Of a stretch of 64,000 nt of DNA, positions 28,278-56,886 are shown piece by piece. The stretch's first letter is position 1; each line of letters opens with the position of its first letter. Origin of the DNA: Neocallimastix sp. 'constans' (Eukaryota); assembly GCA_050613775.1 (NCBI GenBank), contig JBODTK010000001.1, forward strand, positions 1,426,001 to 1,490,000, written 5' to 3'. Below the pieces are notes generated by a model that saw nothing but the letters and a program-made list of their open reading frames with translations, made no database searches and was not told the origin of the DNA. The translations under genes were made by a program, and so were the position numbers.

Positions 28278-29327
28278 TTTGAATATATATATATTATAAG
28301 TATTTTATTAATTTTGTAGTAAGAATGAACAATAGTTATTAATTTATAAATTATTATTTAATTTAATGATTAATCTATACTAAATATATTTATTAAAATA
28401 TTTATCTATTGAAATAATTATGATAAACTGAATATTAATTGAAAAATAAAATTTTTTGAAGCCTATTTTGATGTTTTTTATATAAATTCTTTTTTTAATA
28501 AAAAAAAAAAAAACTTATAATATGTTTTATACATTTTAAAATAAATTAAATAATTTTATAATAATAAAAATGAAGTATCAATGAACTAAATTTCATTATT
28601 ATTTATTACTTTTTAAATAAAATGAAATAGTATTTTTAATAGGCTAATTTATCGCATAAAAGTCAATATTATTTTTCATTGTATATATATATATAAAATC
28701 TAAATTTTTAATTTTTATATATTAATCTTTGTGATACTTTAAAATAAAATAAAATATTTCCCATTATTAGTCATTATATAAAATATTTTTATAATCAATA
28801 ATACTGATAGTAATAAATATAATAAAAAATAAAAAATATAATAATTTAATATTATGAAAAATATTTATTAAGAATAATATAAAGAGAAAAACTTTATTAT
28901 ATTGATTATCATATATATAATCTTATTTAATAGTAAAATACTTTTTATATATATATGTATATTTTAAATTAGTATTGGATAAAAATATAAAAAAAAAAAT
29001 CTTTTTTTTTTTTTCTTTGTATTTAAAATTTAAATATTAAAAAAAAAAATTTCAAAATAAAATTCAAAGATTTAATAATAAATATTTAAAGATTTAATAA
29101 TAAAATATAATATATTTTCATTATATTTACCTTATATTAAACATATATTAAAATATAAATGATATATATAATACCATATATTAATATATATATTTAATAT
29201 ATATTTAATATAATATAAATTATAATATATAAAATAATAAAAATAAATATGAAATTAAAGAAATAATTATTATAATAAAGTATTAAGTCTAAATCACATC
29301 GATTTTGTTTATAAAAATATAACGTTA

Positions 29328-29429
29328 ATAAATATCTATTATATTTTTTATTTTTCATTAATAAATAATCTATTATATTTTTTATTTTTCATTAATAAAT
29401 AATCTATTATATTTTTTATTTTTCATTAA
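29328..29429. repeat. ~33-bp AT-rich tandem repeat, 3 copies
   Basis: ATCTATTATATTTTTTATTTTTCATTAA(TAAATA) occurs three times in tandem. Confidence 0.8.
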
Positions 29430-29996
29430 AAATTAATTATTTTTTTTTTTTTTTTTTTATTTTTTTTTTATTTTTTTAAATATTGTTTTAATTATTTTAT
29501 ATATAATGAACAGAAAAAGATAATTATAATATTTCGCTAATATATTTCCTTTTAATTATTTTTGGCTTGTTCTATATAAACTATAAATTTTTATAATATT
29601 ATAAAATAAAAATTATTGATAATCTTTTATTTATTTATTTTTTTTTTTTGGCTTGTTCTGTGTAAACTATTAAATTTATAATATTATAAAATTATTTAAT
29701 TATTAATTAATAAATTTAAGAAAGAAAAGTATATATATATTTTTAATTTTAATTTATTCATTTATATATAGGTACATATATATTTTCTTAATCCTTAATT
29801 TTTTATATAAATATTATATACATAAAAAAATGTTTTGGGATTATTAATAGATATTAACCACCACTTTAATATTTAAATATCATTATATATTACCATTATA
29901 TACATAATAATAATATATAATATCAATTTATTATTATTACCACCATTATTTTTATTTTTATTTTTTTTTTTAAAAAAAAATAAAATATTTAAATTC

Positions 29997-30042
<46 letters not shown>

Positions 30043-30225
30043 TATAATATTAAATAATAATAAAAATTTTTTATTTCATCATTAGAATCATTAAAACATA
30101 AATTTTATTTTTTTTTTTTTTGAAAATAAAAAAAAAAAAATTGTAATATATTAAATAATAATTATAATAATAAATAAATTATAAATACTTTTAAAATGAT
30201 GATAAAAAATCCAATAGTTATTATT

Positions 30226-32061
30226 TCAAGGAAGTAAGGTAACTATAGCATAATTATTACATTTTGGACATTTAATATACATTGGTTTATTTTCTTTATT
30301 TTCTAAATTATAGTTTCTGACGGCTAAAGCAGACTTTAAACAGGCATTATGAAAAATACATCCACAATTAGCTTTTACCATTGGTTTTGGTATACTTGGA
30401 TCACCATATATTCTTCCATCTTGACCTTCAAAATCACATAAATCTTGAGAGATTAAAGCACATTTTTCTGTTGTAGTAGTATTAGTAGTAGTATTAGTAG
30501 TATTAGCAGTGGAATTAGTAGAAGAAGCTGGTGGATTGTCAGAAATAATATCTTCTACTGATGGAGCACTAGGTTGTGGAGTTTCGTCTGGTTTATTCAT
30601 TTCTTCTGATTTTGTAACAGTTTCAGTTTTAGCTTCATCCTTTGGTTTTTCATTTTCGATAGAGTCACCTTCTTTTTTACCTTTTGATTTATCACATTCT
30701 TCATATATTTTATTTAATGGAGGCAAGGTAACTTCGACATCCTTATGACATTTCGAACATCTAAAGGTGACTTTACCTCCTTCCTCCTGAAGGACATAAC
30801 CACGAATAATTAAGGAAGATCTTAAACAGGAATCATGATAACTACAACCACAGCTTGCTTGAAGAATATGTTTTGATTCACAGGCTTCAACATCTTCATA
30901 ATACACACCATTTTCATCTTCATAGTCACAAGCACCTTGTGGAGCTAATGCACATTCATGTTCAGTGAAAGCAGGATGTAAATTAGCCATTCTCTTTTTC
31001 ATCGCCACATTATAGTCATGATTATCGGTTTCAATTTCATAACGACAATTACAACATGTATTAGACTTTTTAAGCCAAGCAAATATACAATCTTGATGAT
31101 AGACATGACCACATGGCATTGCACGAATTGTCTGGTCCGGAGTATCATTAAAGTCTTCCATACAAATGGAACAAGTAGGTTGTTGCTTAACAAGACGGCT
31201 TTTTAAAGAAACAATTTTTAAAGATTCCATTGCAAGTTTTGAAGCTGGAGGTTGACCTTGGAAAGATTGAGTTTGTTGAAATTGTGGAATTTGTTCTGCA
31301 AAATTTGAAGCCATTCCAAGTAAAGCATTCATAGCATCAAGGAAAACGAAAGGACTATTATTATTACTAAAATAAGAATTTTGATTTTGTTGTTGATTGA
31401 GATTATCTAAAAAATAACCAAGGAAAACTTGCATATTATCTGTTTGTTGTGGTTGATAATTTGGTTGTTGTTGTTGGTTATTTGTTTGTTGATATTGTGG
31501 AGGATATTGGTAATGAAATTGATAAAATGGATATTGATTTTGTTGTTGTTGTGGAGGTGTTTGAGATTGTGGTTGAGGTTGAGGTTGAGATTGAGTTTGA
31601 GTTTGAGTTTGAGTTTGAGGTTGAGGTTGAGGTTGAGGTTGAGATTGAGGTTGAGGTTGAGATTGAGGTTGAGGTTGAGATTGAGGTTGAGGTTGAGATT
31701 GAGGTTGAGGTTGAGATTGAGGTTGAGTTTGTGATGAATTTCCTTGTTCAGTTTGTGAAGTTGAAGAAGTTTGAGCAGCGTCTCTTGTTTGTTGATAATG
31801 AGTTTGGGCATTACTAATGTAATTACTGATGGTTTCACCAATTCTATTAACTACATTATCCCATAGATTAGAATTTTCCTCTCTTTGAGGTTGTTGTTGT
31901 TGTTGAGCTTGTCTTTGTGCATTGGTGAAGGCTTGTGCATGAGCTTGAGCATGAGCCTGAGCATGGGCTTGTGCATGTTCATCTGAAGCATTATTGGCTA
32001 CCACTGGGAAAAGGCTGTTAAATAAATCTGTGATAATATTATTACGTGAAAAATAACTCAT
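30226..32061 (-). CDS. RING-H2 E3 ubiquitin ligase (RNF126/RNF181-like core) with Q/P-rich N-terminus and two extra C4HC3-like zinc fingers
   Basis: 611-aa intronless ORF. GQPPASK precedes CSICMEDF..MPCGHVYHQDCIFAWL..NTCCNCRYE. Two further C-x7-C..CGC-x2-H-x2-C..C-x2-C units follow. QPQPQS repeats in the N-terminal part. Confidence 0.85.
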   Translation of the reverse strand: MSYFSRNNIITDLFNSLFPVVANNASDEHAQAHAQAHAQAHAQAFTNAQRQAQQQQQPQREENSNLWDNVVNRIGETISNYISNAQTHYQQTRDAAQTSSTSQTEQGNSSQTQPQSQPQPQSQPQPQSQPQPQSQPQPQSQPQPQPQPQTQTQTQTQSQPQPQPQSQTPPQQQQNQYPFYQFHYQYPPQYQQTNNQQQQPNYQPQQTDNMQVFLGYFLDNLNQQQNQNSYFSNNNSPFVFLDAMNALLGMASNFAEQIPQFQQTQSFQGQPPASKLAMESLKIVSLKSRLVKQQPTCSICMEDFNDTPDQTIRAMPCGHVYHQDCIFAWLKKSNTCCNCRYEIETDNHDYNVAMKKRMANLHPAFTEHECALAPQGACDYEDENGVYYEDVEACESKHILQASCGCSYHDSCLRSSLIIRGYVLQEEGGKVTFRCSKCHKDVEVTLPPLNKIYEECDKSKGKKEGDSIENEKPKDEAKTETVTKSEEMNKPDETPQPSAPSVEDIISDNPPASSTNSTANTTNTTTNTTTTEKCALISQDLCDFEGQDGRIYGDPSIPKPMVKANCGCIFHNACLKSALAVRNYNLENKENKPMYIKCPKCNNYAIVTLLP

Positions 32062-32668
32062 TTTTTTTTTTTTTCTTTTATATTTTGTACTTATTTCTAT
32101 TTGTTTATATAATAAATAACAATTTCAAATTTTTTAATACAGATTTAAATTATAGTTATATTGAAATATATAATATATGTTATTTTGTCTTATGTCGTTT
32201 GATTAATTTTACTTATTTAATGATTTAAATTATTAGTAGTATATATGTATATATATATTTTTAATTTGTTATTTATTTAATATAAAATATAAAAAATTTC
32301 ATGCTATAACAAAATAATTAAACTATTATTAATTATTTTATTTTATTTTATTAAAGTGAATTGTATTAAACTATGTTCTTATTTATTCTTATTATTTATT
32401 ACTACTGATATTATTAAAATTATCGTGTTTTTAAAATAGTTTATATATATGTGTATATATAAAATTTTTAAAAAGAATTTTAAAAAGAATATAAGGATAA
32501 TAAAATAAACTCTTTTGTAAATATTTTATATGAAACTATTAACTATTTATTATAGTTATCTATTAAAATATTTTTATCATAAAAAAAAAGGATTTAAAAT
32601 TAAAATAACATTTAAATAATCCAATAAAATATTAGATTAATTAAAATTAAGCTAATTTTAATAATTAC

Positions 32669-32669
<1 letters not shown>

Positions 32670-32727
<58 letters not shown>

Positions 32728-32732
32728 ACAAA

Positions 32733-32819
<87 letters not shown>

Positions 32820-32820
32820 A
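32670..32820. repeat. (AAAT)n microsatellite
   Basis: About 150 bp of TAAA repeats with one interruption. Confidence 0.95.
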
Positions 32821-33296
32821 TATTTACATAAATAAATTTTAAGAGTCAATCAACTATATTATTATTATTGTTATTAGTATTCATTTATTATAATAAATAA
32901 TTTGTAAATAAATAATATAATAAAACAAATAAATAAAAAAAAAAAAATAACAATTACATAAAGAAGGGTTAATTCTTTTGGCAAACTTTTTTTAGTAATT
33001 TATCTTTTTTTTAATAAATATACTATTAATTAACTTAAATTTATTATTAATATATATTTTTATATAAAATTCTTTAGATCTTTTGAACTTTTTATTTGAA
33101 TTTTTATACTTTCCATATATTATAATTATATCGTTAATATATTACTATTTAATCCATATCCAAAATTTATTTTTGAATGTTGTGAATTAATTTAAGAATG
33201 TATACAAAATGTATAATATTGTATACATATATATTAATAGTAACAATTAAATTTTTAAAAAAATTTTCGTGGCAGTTTTATGAATATATTAAAATC

Positions 33297-36245
33297 TGTT
33301 AGAAATTAAGTTTAATATTCTATACATTTAATATAAAATAGTAAATTAATAATAACTTACTTTTATAATATTTTATGAGATAAAAATAAAAAAATAAAAA
33401 TATAATAGTAAATAAAATAAATAAATAAAATGTATTTTAAATAAATTTAATAATATAGGAAAATATTTATGAAAAATTACTAAATATGTATTAATAATTA
33501 ATACATGAGATAAGATGAAATATTAAATAAAGAGAATTAATGAAAGATATAAAAATTAATAATAAATTATTAAAGTGTTTATTCTATGACAAATTAAGAG
33601 TCTCAAGCTTAATTATTTGGTAGTAATATATTAAGAATTTATTAATAAAGTTTCAAAATAAAAATCAATATAAAATTATTATATTAATTAAATAAAATCT
33701 AAGTAATATTTTATAAAAAATAATAAAAGATAAGTAAAATTAACAAATATGAATTACGAAAGAAACACTTCAAAGGATATTTTGGAGAGTTCTAATTGCA
33801 AGTTATGGAAGCAGGAATTCTACCTTTTACTTAAGGGAAAGAAACTCTAAAGTTATATATTAGAGAAAAAAAGCTAAAAAAATTTCCAAAACAAAAATAA
33901 ATAAAGAACAAAAGAAATAGTTATCGTTAGTTGATGGTACTAACCGACACTTATTATCAAGAAAGTGTCACTAAAGATATGCTGCAGCAGATGCCTTGGT
34001 AAAAGAATATTTAATCAATAGTATTCCTAAAGCACCGGTCGAAAAATTTGATAACTGATAATGGAATTGAATTAACCAATGGTGCTTTTGAAGATTTTTT
34101 CAACAATAATGGTATTACACAAATTTTTATACCTTACTCACCACAATAAAATGGTCGAATTGAAAGATTACATGATACTTTACTCCCCAATGTCAGTACA
34201 AAATTAAAGGAAACTAAACTCAATCATGTGTTTTTGGGAAGATGTCGTAATACCATTAACATTATTCATAATAATCGAATTCCTCACAACGGTATTTATA
34301 ATATCATTCCTCATGAATTCTTATGTAATAAAAAGTTAATTTTTCAAAATTTGGTATTTTCGGTTGTAAAGTATTTTTCTATATTCTTAGACAATTTTGT
34401 ATTAAAACTTTTAAACTATGCTTTCCCTGGTATATTTCTTGGTTATGACTCTAACCCATCTGCTTATCGTATTTATGATAATACTAACAATAAAATGGTT
34501 CTTTCTCGTTCAATTTTTTTCTTTAAAAATATGGTAATTGTGCTTTTCCTACTTCTCCTTCTGAAGTAGTAAATTTTATACCATATTATGAAATTGAGGG
34601 AGATGATGTATTCGCCAATGATATTAATGATTTTAATGACAATGATAATAGTAATATTAACAATGAATCTAATAATAATTTATATGATAATGATATTGAT
34701 AATAATAATAATTATTCATATAACAATCTTAATTAAAGTTAAAATAATAATACTTACAATGAAGAAGGAATTGACAACAATATAAATAATAATAATGGTA
34801 ATAAAGATAATATAATAATATGGACAATGGAAATAATCAATAAAATGATATTTAAAAAAAATAATGACGTAAAAAATGAAAAAATGGATTATATCGTAGA
34901 TAATAATGATGTTAATAATACAAATAATAACTTTACATAAATATAACAATATCACTGAAAATAATCAAAATAATAAAATAAGAAATACAATTTATCTAAA
35001 TAATCAAAATAATATATTTGAGAATGAAAATATTGCTAATAAACAATTTAATAACTCAACAAATGATATAAATAATAATATTTTAAAAATAATTAATAAT
35101 ATTTCAAATTTAAATAAAAATGAAAATAATTATACACCTAAGAGAAAATTTATCTATGAAATGGATATTTTTGGTCGACAAAAGAATGGCTATAAGCTGT
35201 TAATGAAGAACTAAACAATATGAAAATAAAAACAAATCTTCTCTTTAGTAATAAATATCTAATATTTCTAATGATAAAAACGTAATTTCTAGTAAATTCA
35301 TTTTTAGCTACAAAAAAAATTATAAAACTTTGAATCATGATTCTCTTAGGATAAATACAAATCTTTCTACATATTATAAATAATTTTGATATATACCTGC
35401 TAGATATAAAGGCTTCATATCTTAATGCTGAAATTGACAAAAAGTTATTCACTGAAATTCCTGATAGCTTTAAAAATTATTATGACTCTTGGGAGTTAAA
35501 TAAAGCTATATAAGGTTTATAGCAAGCTGGAAGAATGTGGAATAATAAAATAAATAATACATTATTAAAATTAAATTTTGTCAGAGCAAAAAGTGAAACA
35601 TGTATATATTACAAAAAGGAAAATAGAGGAAACATTTTATGTATATTAGCATTATATGTTGATGATATTATAGTGACAGGAAAGAAAAAAGAAATAGATT
35701 CATTAAAAACATAATTAAAAAAATTTTTTTTGTTTGATTAAACATAAATACAGGAACAATCAAAATTAATATAGATAATAAAGTGACGATATATAGCAGT
35801 GAGAATGAAAAACAATAAATCCAAAATCAAGACATATAAATTTAAGATATCATAAAGTTAGATAATTAGTAAGAGAAAAAGAAATTAAATTGGAATATAT
35901 TAAATCCGAAAATAATTTAGCTGATGGTTTAACAAAATATATCAATAGACCTTTTCTTAAGAAATTTAAAAGAATGATACTATGTCAATTAAAAGAAAAT
36001 AAAACTCACAAGGGAGTGTTAGAAATTAAGCTTAATATTCCATACTTCTAATATAAAATATAAAATATTAAATTAATCATAATTTTTTTATAATATTTTA
36101 TGAAACATAAATAAATTAATAATAAACAAAGATTTAATAGTAAATAAATAAATGAATAAAATGTATTTTAAATAAATTAAATTATAATAGGAAAATTTAT
36201 TTATATAAAACGTGTATTAATAATTAATATATGAGATGAAATATA
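33297..36245 (+). mobile_element. Decayed, internally deleted Ty1/copia LTR retrotransposon
   Basis: Both LTRs start TGTTAGAAATTAAG (33297 and 36017) and align for ~220 bp; polypurine AAGGGAG lies just before the 3' LTR. Remnants in copia order: gag-like (SNCKLWKQ..LLKGKKL), integrase (TDNGIE..PYSPQ*NGRIER), PGIFLGYDSNPSAYRIYD, RT (LDIKASYLNA, L*QAGRMW, LYVDDI) and RNase H (SRHINLRYH..NLADGLTK). Confidence 0.92.
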
Positions 36246-36394
36246 TAAATATTACATATGAAATTGATTTTAATTCAAAAAGAAAAAGTATTAATACATT
36301 TGATCATATATATATATATATTATAATATGAAATGTTTTTATTTTATATTATTATTATATTTTAATATTATAAATAATTTTTTATGAAATGATA

Positions 36395-36458
<64 letters not shown>

Positions 36459-36672
36459 ATTAATATTAATATTATTATTAGTGGTATTTATAAAATATAT
36501 TTATACTTTTATATTGAATATGCTTATTTCTTTAAATATTTATACATGTTTGCTTATTAAAAATGGATTATAATAAATATTTATATAAAAATTCTAAAAT
36601 CACTATTGGTATCGTTTTCTAAGAAAAAAAAAAAAAAAGAACTTTTTTAATTATTAAATAGATTTATTTCAT

Positions 36673-50584
<13,912 letters not shown>

Positions 50585-51840
50585 TTTTTTTTTTTTTTTA
50601 TTTCCTTTCTTTTTTAACTGTTAAATATTGATATATAATATGTAAAAATTGATTATATAATTTTTACTTTAAAATATCTTAAATGTAAATTAAAATTAAC
50701 TTATATATATGTTTTTTTTTTTTTTTTTTAAAAAAAAATAAAAAAAATAGAAATAAATTAAATAAAAATAGTTATTAATAGTGAAATTTGTTAAAGATAT
50801 AAAGCATATACAACAGTGTGTGTAAATATATATATATTATTATTATATTTTACAAATTAAGATTTTAAATTTATAACATTTTATCATTTACTTTATATTA
50901 ATTCATATTATTTAACGAATTATTAACAATATTAAAGCACTGTATTAATTTTTAATATTGAATTTAAATTCTAATTTAAATTTATAAAACTAAGAATAAA
51001 ATTGAAATTCAAAAATAAAAAAAAAAAAAGTAGTTTTTATTATTATTTTCACTTTTATTTAAATGGTTATTAAAATATATTTATAATTAATAAATTCATT
51101 TAATATATTAAAATACCAAAAAAAAAAAAAAAAAAAAAAAAAAGTCATAAATATGTACATAATTAATGATTTATTTAAAAAAAATTAATTGAATGAAATT
51201 ATTAAATAGTATCAAAGTATCATCATTTAAAATTATTTTAAATAATTATACATATATATTTGTTTTTTCTTGATAAAATTAATTTTTCTTGATTTTAATA
51301 TGAAAGAAAAATTTTATATTTCTCTTTTTTTATATATATATTTTTATTTTTTTTTAATCAAACTCATCTAATTAATGATAATTTCTTTTTTAATAATAAA
51401 AGTTGAATATTAATTTTATATAGATATTTATTGTATATTAACTTTTATTACAATAAATATTTATATAAAATTAATATTCAACTACTTAGTTTAAAATATT
51501 AATTCTTTTTATTTTAATGATTAATGGAGGAAAAAAAATATTGTATCACATATATATATATAAGCATTTTAATAAAAAATAATAAAAAAATAATTTTTTT
51601 TGTTTTATTATTTGTAAAGTTTTTAAAAGATAATATTTAAAGAAAGAGCTTAATATTGGAAATTAGTAAAAAAGTTAAGTATTTATAATATTCTTTTTTT
51701 TTTTAATTATATTATATAATTTTTTTTTTAAAAAATTTATGTAATTATATAGAAATTCACCTTTATTATATTATATATATATAAGTTTCTGTGTAACAAA
51801 TTTAATTAAATATGGAGCATACATTTTTTTCTCTTTTTTA

Positions 51841-51875
<35 letters not shown>

Positions 51876-52114
51876 CTATAAATGAAAAAATTTATTGTAT
51901 TATTATATATATATAATTTCTATTGAAATATAATAATATTGAAATATAATAATTTTTTTTTTATTAATAATATTATTTTTTTTTAATATCTCTTTTCCTC
52001 TCCCAAATAATTTTTAAACATAAAATAAGGGTAAAAAAAAATAAAAAATAAAAAATAAAAAAAAGAATAAAAGTCAAATTAATATTATAGTTAAAGACAA
52101 AAGAAAATAAAAAT

Positions 52115-52203
<89 letters not shown>

Positions 52204-52800
52204 TAATAATAATAAAAATAATAATAATAATTATAATAATTATAATAACAATAGCAATTACAGTAATAATAATTACAATAATTACAATAATAATAATAAT
52301 AATATTTCATATATTTAAATTTATCTTTATATTTATTTATTTATTTATATATTATTTATATTTCTTTTTATAGAATTTTTATATTAACCAAAACAAAAAT
52401 TAAAAAAAAAAATTTTAACTATATTTTTCTTTTATTTTATTTTATTTTATTTTATTTTTTTTTGAATTTTATATATATTAATAAATATTAAATTATTAAA
52501 ATACGTATGTTAAAAAAATTTTTTTATTGATTTATAAATAAAAAGATAATATTTCCCCCTTCTATATAATATTGTTGTTTTGATTGTGTTATATATTTTA
52601 TAATGAATCTTTTTTTTTTTTTTTTTTTTTTTTTTGTTAGTAATATTAAAATTAAATTATTATTTGCTATGAATGCTGAAAAATGGCAATTTTATTTTTA
52701 TTTTATCATTTGTTAATGATGGAGGCTTAATGAAATTTTTTTTTTTTTTTAAATTATTATTATTATTTTAATTTTTTTTTTTCTTGTTTAAAATTCTTTT

Positions 52801-54842
52801 TTAATCGAATGGAATTGGTTTTGGTAAATTATCACGGTGATTTATTTTATCATCCAAGGCGGCACCAAATGGACTTGGTACATGAATACCACAACAACAT
52901 GGTGCTTCTTGGCCCATAGCGTAAACATGAGAATGATCATGTTCTTCTGGAAGAGCTCCATGCGAACCATGGAATTTAATTAAACTTCCGAATAAAAAGT
53001 GTTGCATAATTGGTAATTTACCTAATACTTCAGCCTTATACATTTTAATCATACCAGAGTTAACCTTCATCCATTTCTTTACGCCACTAATATCATCAAG
53101 CATTGGTGAATGCCATCTTAATGATGCAGTTTTAATCTTTAATAATTTTTATATATATAAAGAATATAGATGTAGAAATTATAAGTATTTAATATTATTA
53201 TAATTATAATAATAAAATATTAAAGAATCACAATAATAAATAAATAAATAAATAAATATTAAATAATATATAATAAAAATATGAGTACTAAAAACAATAT
53301 ATATTTGAATATTTTTATTTTGGTAAAAGTAGTAATAGAAATAAAAATAACTTACAGAACAAATAAATCGAATACAATCAAGATACATATAATCCTTCGA
53401 AAATTCTTCTACAATTTCTTCATTTCTAATTGATTTTGGCCTTAAATATTTATGATCTTTTTTTTTTTTTTTTTTTTTTTTTTTTGTAATAATATTCATT
53501 TAAAATTTTTAATAATTAGATATTAATAGATTAATAAATATATAGAAATATTATATCATAATATATATATTATATAATTTTTTATTTTAGATTTCAGATA
53601 CATATAATATTTTATTATTTTGTTTTATTAATTTTTTTCCTAGCCTATATATTAATTATAAAATTATAATTACCATGTAATTGTGATGAACCAAACAAGA
53701 ATGGCATAAAGTGATAATCATCAAGACCCCATACACCATGAGAACCCGCTGGTTCAAGCCAATAAGTATATTGAAGTTTTCTCATAACTGCCATATAACT
53801 TTTTTTTATTATAATATATATATATATATATATAAATTTAATTAATAATTAAAAAAAATTATATATATATATATTTTTTTCTAAAGATAATAATAAAATA
53901 TTTACGTTAAGAATACTTTAATGACAATTGCAGTGTAATCTTCTTTAGTAAAAAGACCTAATTTATCCATACAGAATCTATAGAAATAAACAAAATAAAT
54001 TATATAAATAAATAAATAAATAAATAAATTACTATATTATATAAGAAATTTAAATTTGAAATTTAAAAATTTCATAATAAATTAGATTTTATAAATGTTA
54101 AAAAGTATAGATATTGATTTAATTATCAATATTATTTATATTATTATTTTTAATTTTATCTTTTTTTTTTTTTAGTTTTTGATTCTTATAAATAATAATA
54201 ATAATAATATAATAATAATAATAATAATAAAATTTAAAATTTACAAAAACGCCATAAAAGTTGTTTCGTGACCTGTTCCATAATCTATTCTCTTTCTATC
54301 ACCAAATGAATGAATTAAATAGGTAGCTAATTCTGGTATAGCTTCTGGTGGTTTAATAATATCTTCTAATAATTTAGCAGCATTCTTTATTATTAATAGA
54401 TAAATATTTTATCATTTATTTATTAATATAATTATAATTAAAGTTTATAAAATGTTTATAAAAAAAATTTATAGCATGTTTATAAATTGATTATATACGG
54501 TTACAGAATGTTTATAAAGTATTTACAAATAGTAATAAGTACGTATTTATTAAATATATAAAAGAGAATATTAAATAAAAAAAAATAAATAAATAAAAGT
54601 TTAATACTTCATAGTTACAATATTTAATAATTTAAGTAAAAAAAAAAAAAAAAAAAAAAAAAAGGTAAAAAATATAGTTATTTCTTTTTACTTACTTCAT
54701 TGAGTTTATCATACCATTTTTGGAAAGAAGGATTACCATATCTTGTTTTTATTGTTGTATCTGGAGGAAATTCATTAATCCATTCCTTTAAAGTATTTAA
54801 TAAATCGACAAGCTTTAAAACAACCTATTTTAATATTAATAG

Positions 54843-54873
<31 letters not shown>

Positions 54874-54997
54874 TATTATTATTTATTATTTATTTATTAT
54901 ATTTTTAAAAATAAATGAATAAATATTAATTCGTTATATAAATATGTATAAATAAAATAATTTTAATTTTCTTAAATTAAAATTATAATTCTTTTTA

Positions 54998-55043
<46 letters not shown>

Positions 55044-55474
55044 ATATATATATATAACATTATTATTTTTCTATATCATATTATACATAACATATAAAAA
55101 AAAAAGGAAGAAAAAAAATTTTTTTTTTTTTTAGTTTAAATGGTTTATACCTCTGAAGTGTGACACTCAGCACGAGAAGTGACATTTCTTACAGCCATAT
55201 TTAAATCTAAAATAAAATTCATATACTCTTCATACGCTTTTGATTTTTGAAAATTTTCCAAATCTTCTTTAGTTAAAATTTGTTTTCTTGGAATGATAAA
55301 ACCAGTTTCTTCATTTTCATCTTCATGATGAGTAAGAATTTCATCGATAGTGATGACTTTTTCAGGTGTAGTTTCTTCTTGTGGTTTTAACGATGTTGGG
55401 AAAACATCAGTAATAAATCTTCCACCTGACAATTCTTCTATTGGAAAAGAATCGGTATTGAAACGACCGTTCAT
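52801..55474 (-). CDS. RRD2: PP2A phosphatase activator PTPA, Rrd2/Ypa2 type (~408 aa, 7 exons)
   Basis: Exons 55474-55151, 54824-54696, 54384-54245, 53977-53906, 53798-53674, 53456-53356, 53136-52801. Motifs [64 protein letters not shown]-terminal IPFD. Confidence 0.92.
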
Positions 55475-56677
55475 TATATTAATAATAAACAATTAAAAAA
55501 AAATAATAAATAAAATGAAATTAAATTTCTTTTTAATTAGTTTAAATTAATAATTATTTAAAATTTAAATTTTAAAATTAAAAATTAAATTTCAAAATAC
55601 TTTTAAATAAATAAAAAAATAGTTTAAATTTAAAATATAAGATTTTGTTTATTACAAATTATTACTAATCATTAATTTTAATTAATAAAAAAATATTAAA
55701 TAATTAAAATAATGGATTATCAATTAAATTAATTATTCTACATATATATTTTAGGAAACATTATTTATATAAATAAATTTAATAATTTATTTTATATATT
55801 TACAATGAATTTAATTACTTAATTATTATTTATTCATTTATTAATTTATTCTCTATTTTCTTATTAATTTACTATTTTTCTGTTATTAATTTATTATTTA
55901 ATATTATTTATTTATTGTTTGTTATTAATTATTAATTATTAATTATTATTTACTATTTATTTATAATTATTAATTATTAATTATTAATTATTATTTTCTA
56001 TTTATTTATAATTGTTAATTATTAATTATTAATTATTATTTTCTAATATTTATTTACATTTCCTATTTACTTTAAATTTTATTTATTTATTATTATTTAT
56101 TTATTTATTATTTATTTATTTATTATTTATTTATTTATTTATTTATTAATTATTAATTATTATTTATTATTTTATATAATAATTAATTATATAATATATA
56201 AAAAATAAATAATTAAAGTTTTTATTTTATTTTTTAAAAACAAATATTTTAAAAGCATTATATAAATATTAAAGATAAAAATAATTTCTTGTTATATATT
56301 TGATATAAAAAATTATATATTCATTTTTCAAAAAATTATTAATTTCTTAAAAAAAAAACCAAATAAATAAACTAATATTAAAACTAGTCTAATAAATAAA
56401 AAAATTTATAATGTTAAATTCATATTTCTTTACTAATAAAAATGCATTTGTGAGTTGTTCTTGTTTTATTAATTATATTTATAAAAACAAAATGAATGAA
56501 ATGAAAAGTAAAAATAATTTATTTATATGTAATATAATATATTTTTTTTACAATTTTAAATTAATGTATACATAAGATAGAATAATGTAGAAAATCATCC
56601 ATATGAAAAAATAATAAAAAAAAAGTTTAAATCATTCCTATTTTAACTTTATTCATAATAAAAAAAAATGTATTTCT

Positions 56678-56692
56678 ATGATTGGTTAAAAT
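56678..56692 (-). promoter_or_regulatory. Inverted CCAAT box (ATGATTGGTTAAAAT) upstream of NOP10
   Basis: Identical to 11491-11505; about 195 bp before the NOP10 ATG. Confidence 0.45.
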
Positions 56693-56886
56693 ATTTTAAG
56701 AATTAAAAAAATTTTTAAAAAAAAAAAAACTAGATTAAATAATAATAAAAAATTATATTAAATATTAATATATATATAATTTTTTTTTTTTTAGTTTTTG
56801 TTGTATCAAAAAAAATATATATATAAAATTTTTTCTTATTACTTTATTGAAATAATAATCTGTTAAAAAAAAGTTAATCATTCAAG

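Noticed and set aside
31407..31841. Overlapping ORFs with LNLN, RLRL or EVEV repeats
   Set aside because: They are alternative-frame or antisense readings of the QPQPQS-coding repeat in the RING gene.
33297..36245. RIP-like hypermutation of the copia element
   Set aside because: The visible stops include apparent transversions (YGLKQ to *GL*Q) and there are many indels; no clear C-to-T dinucleotide bias by eye.
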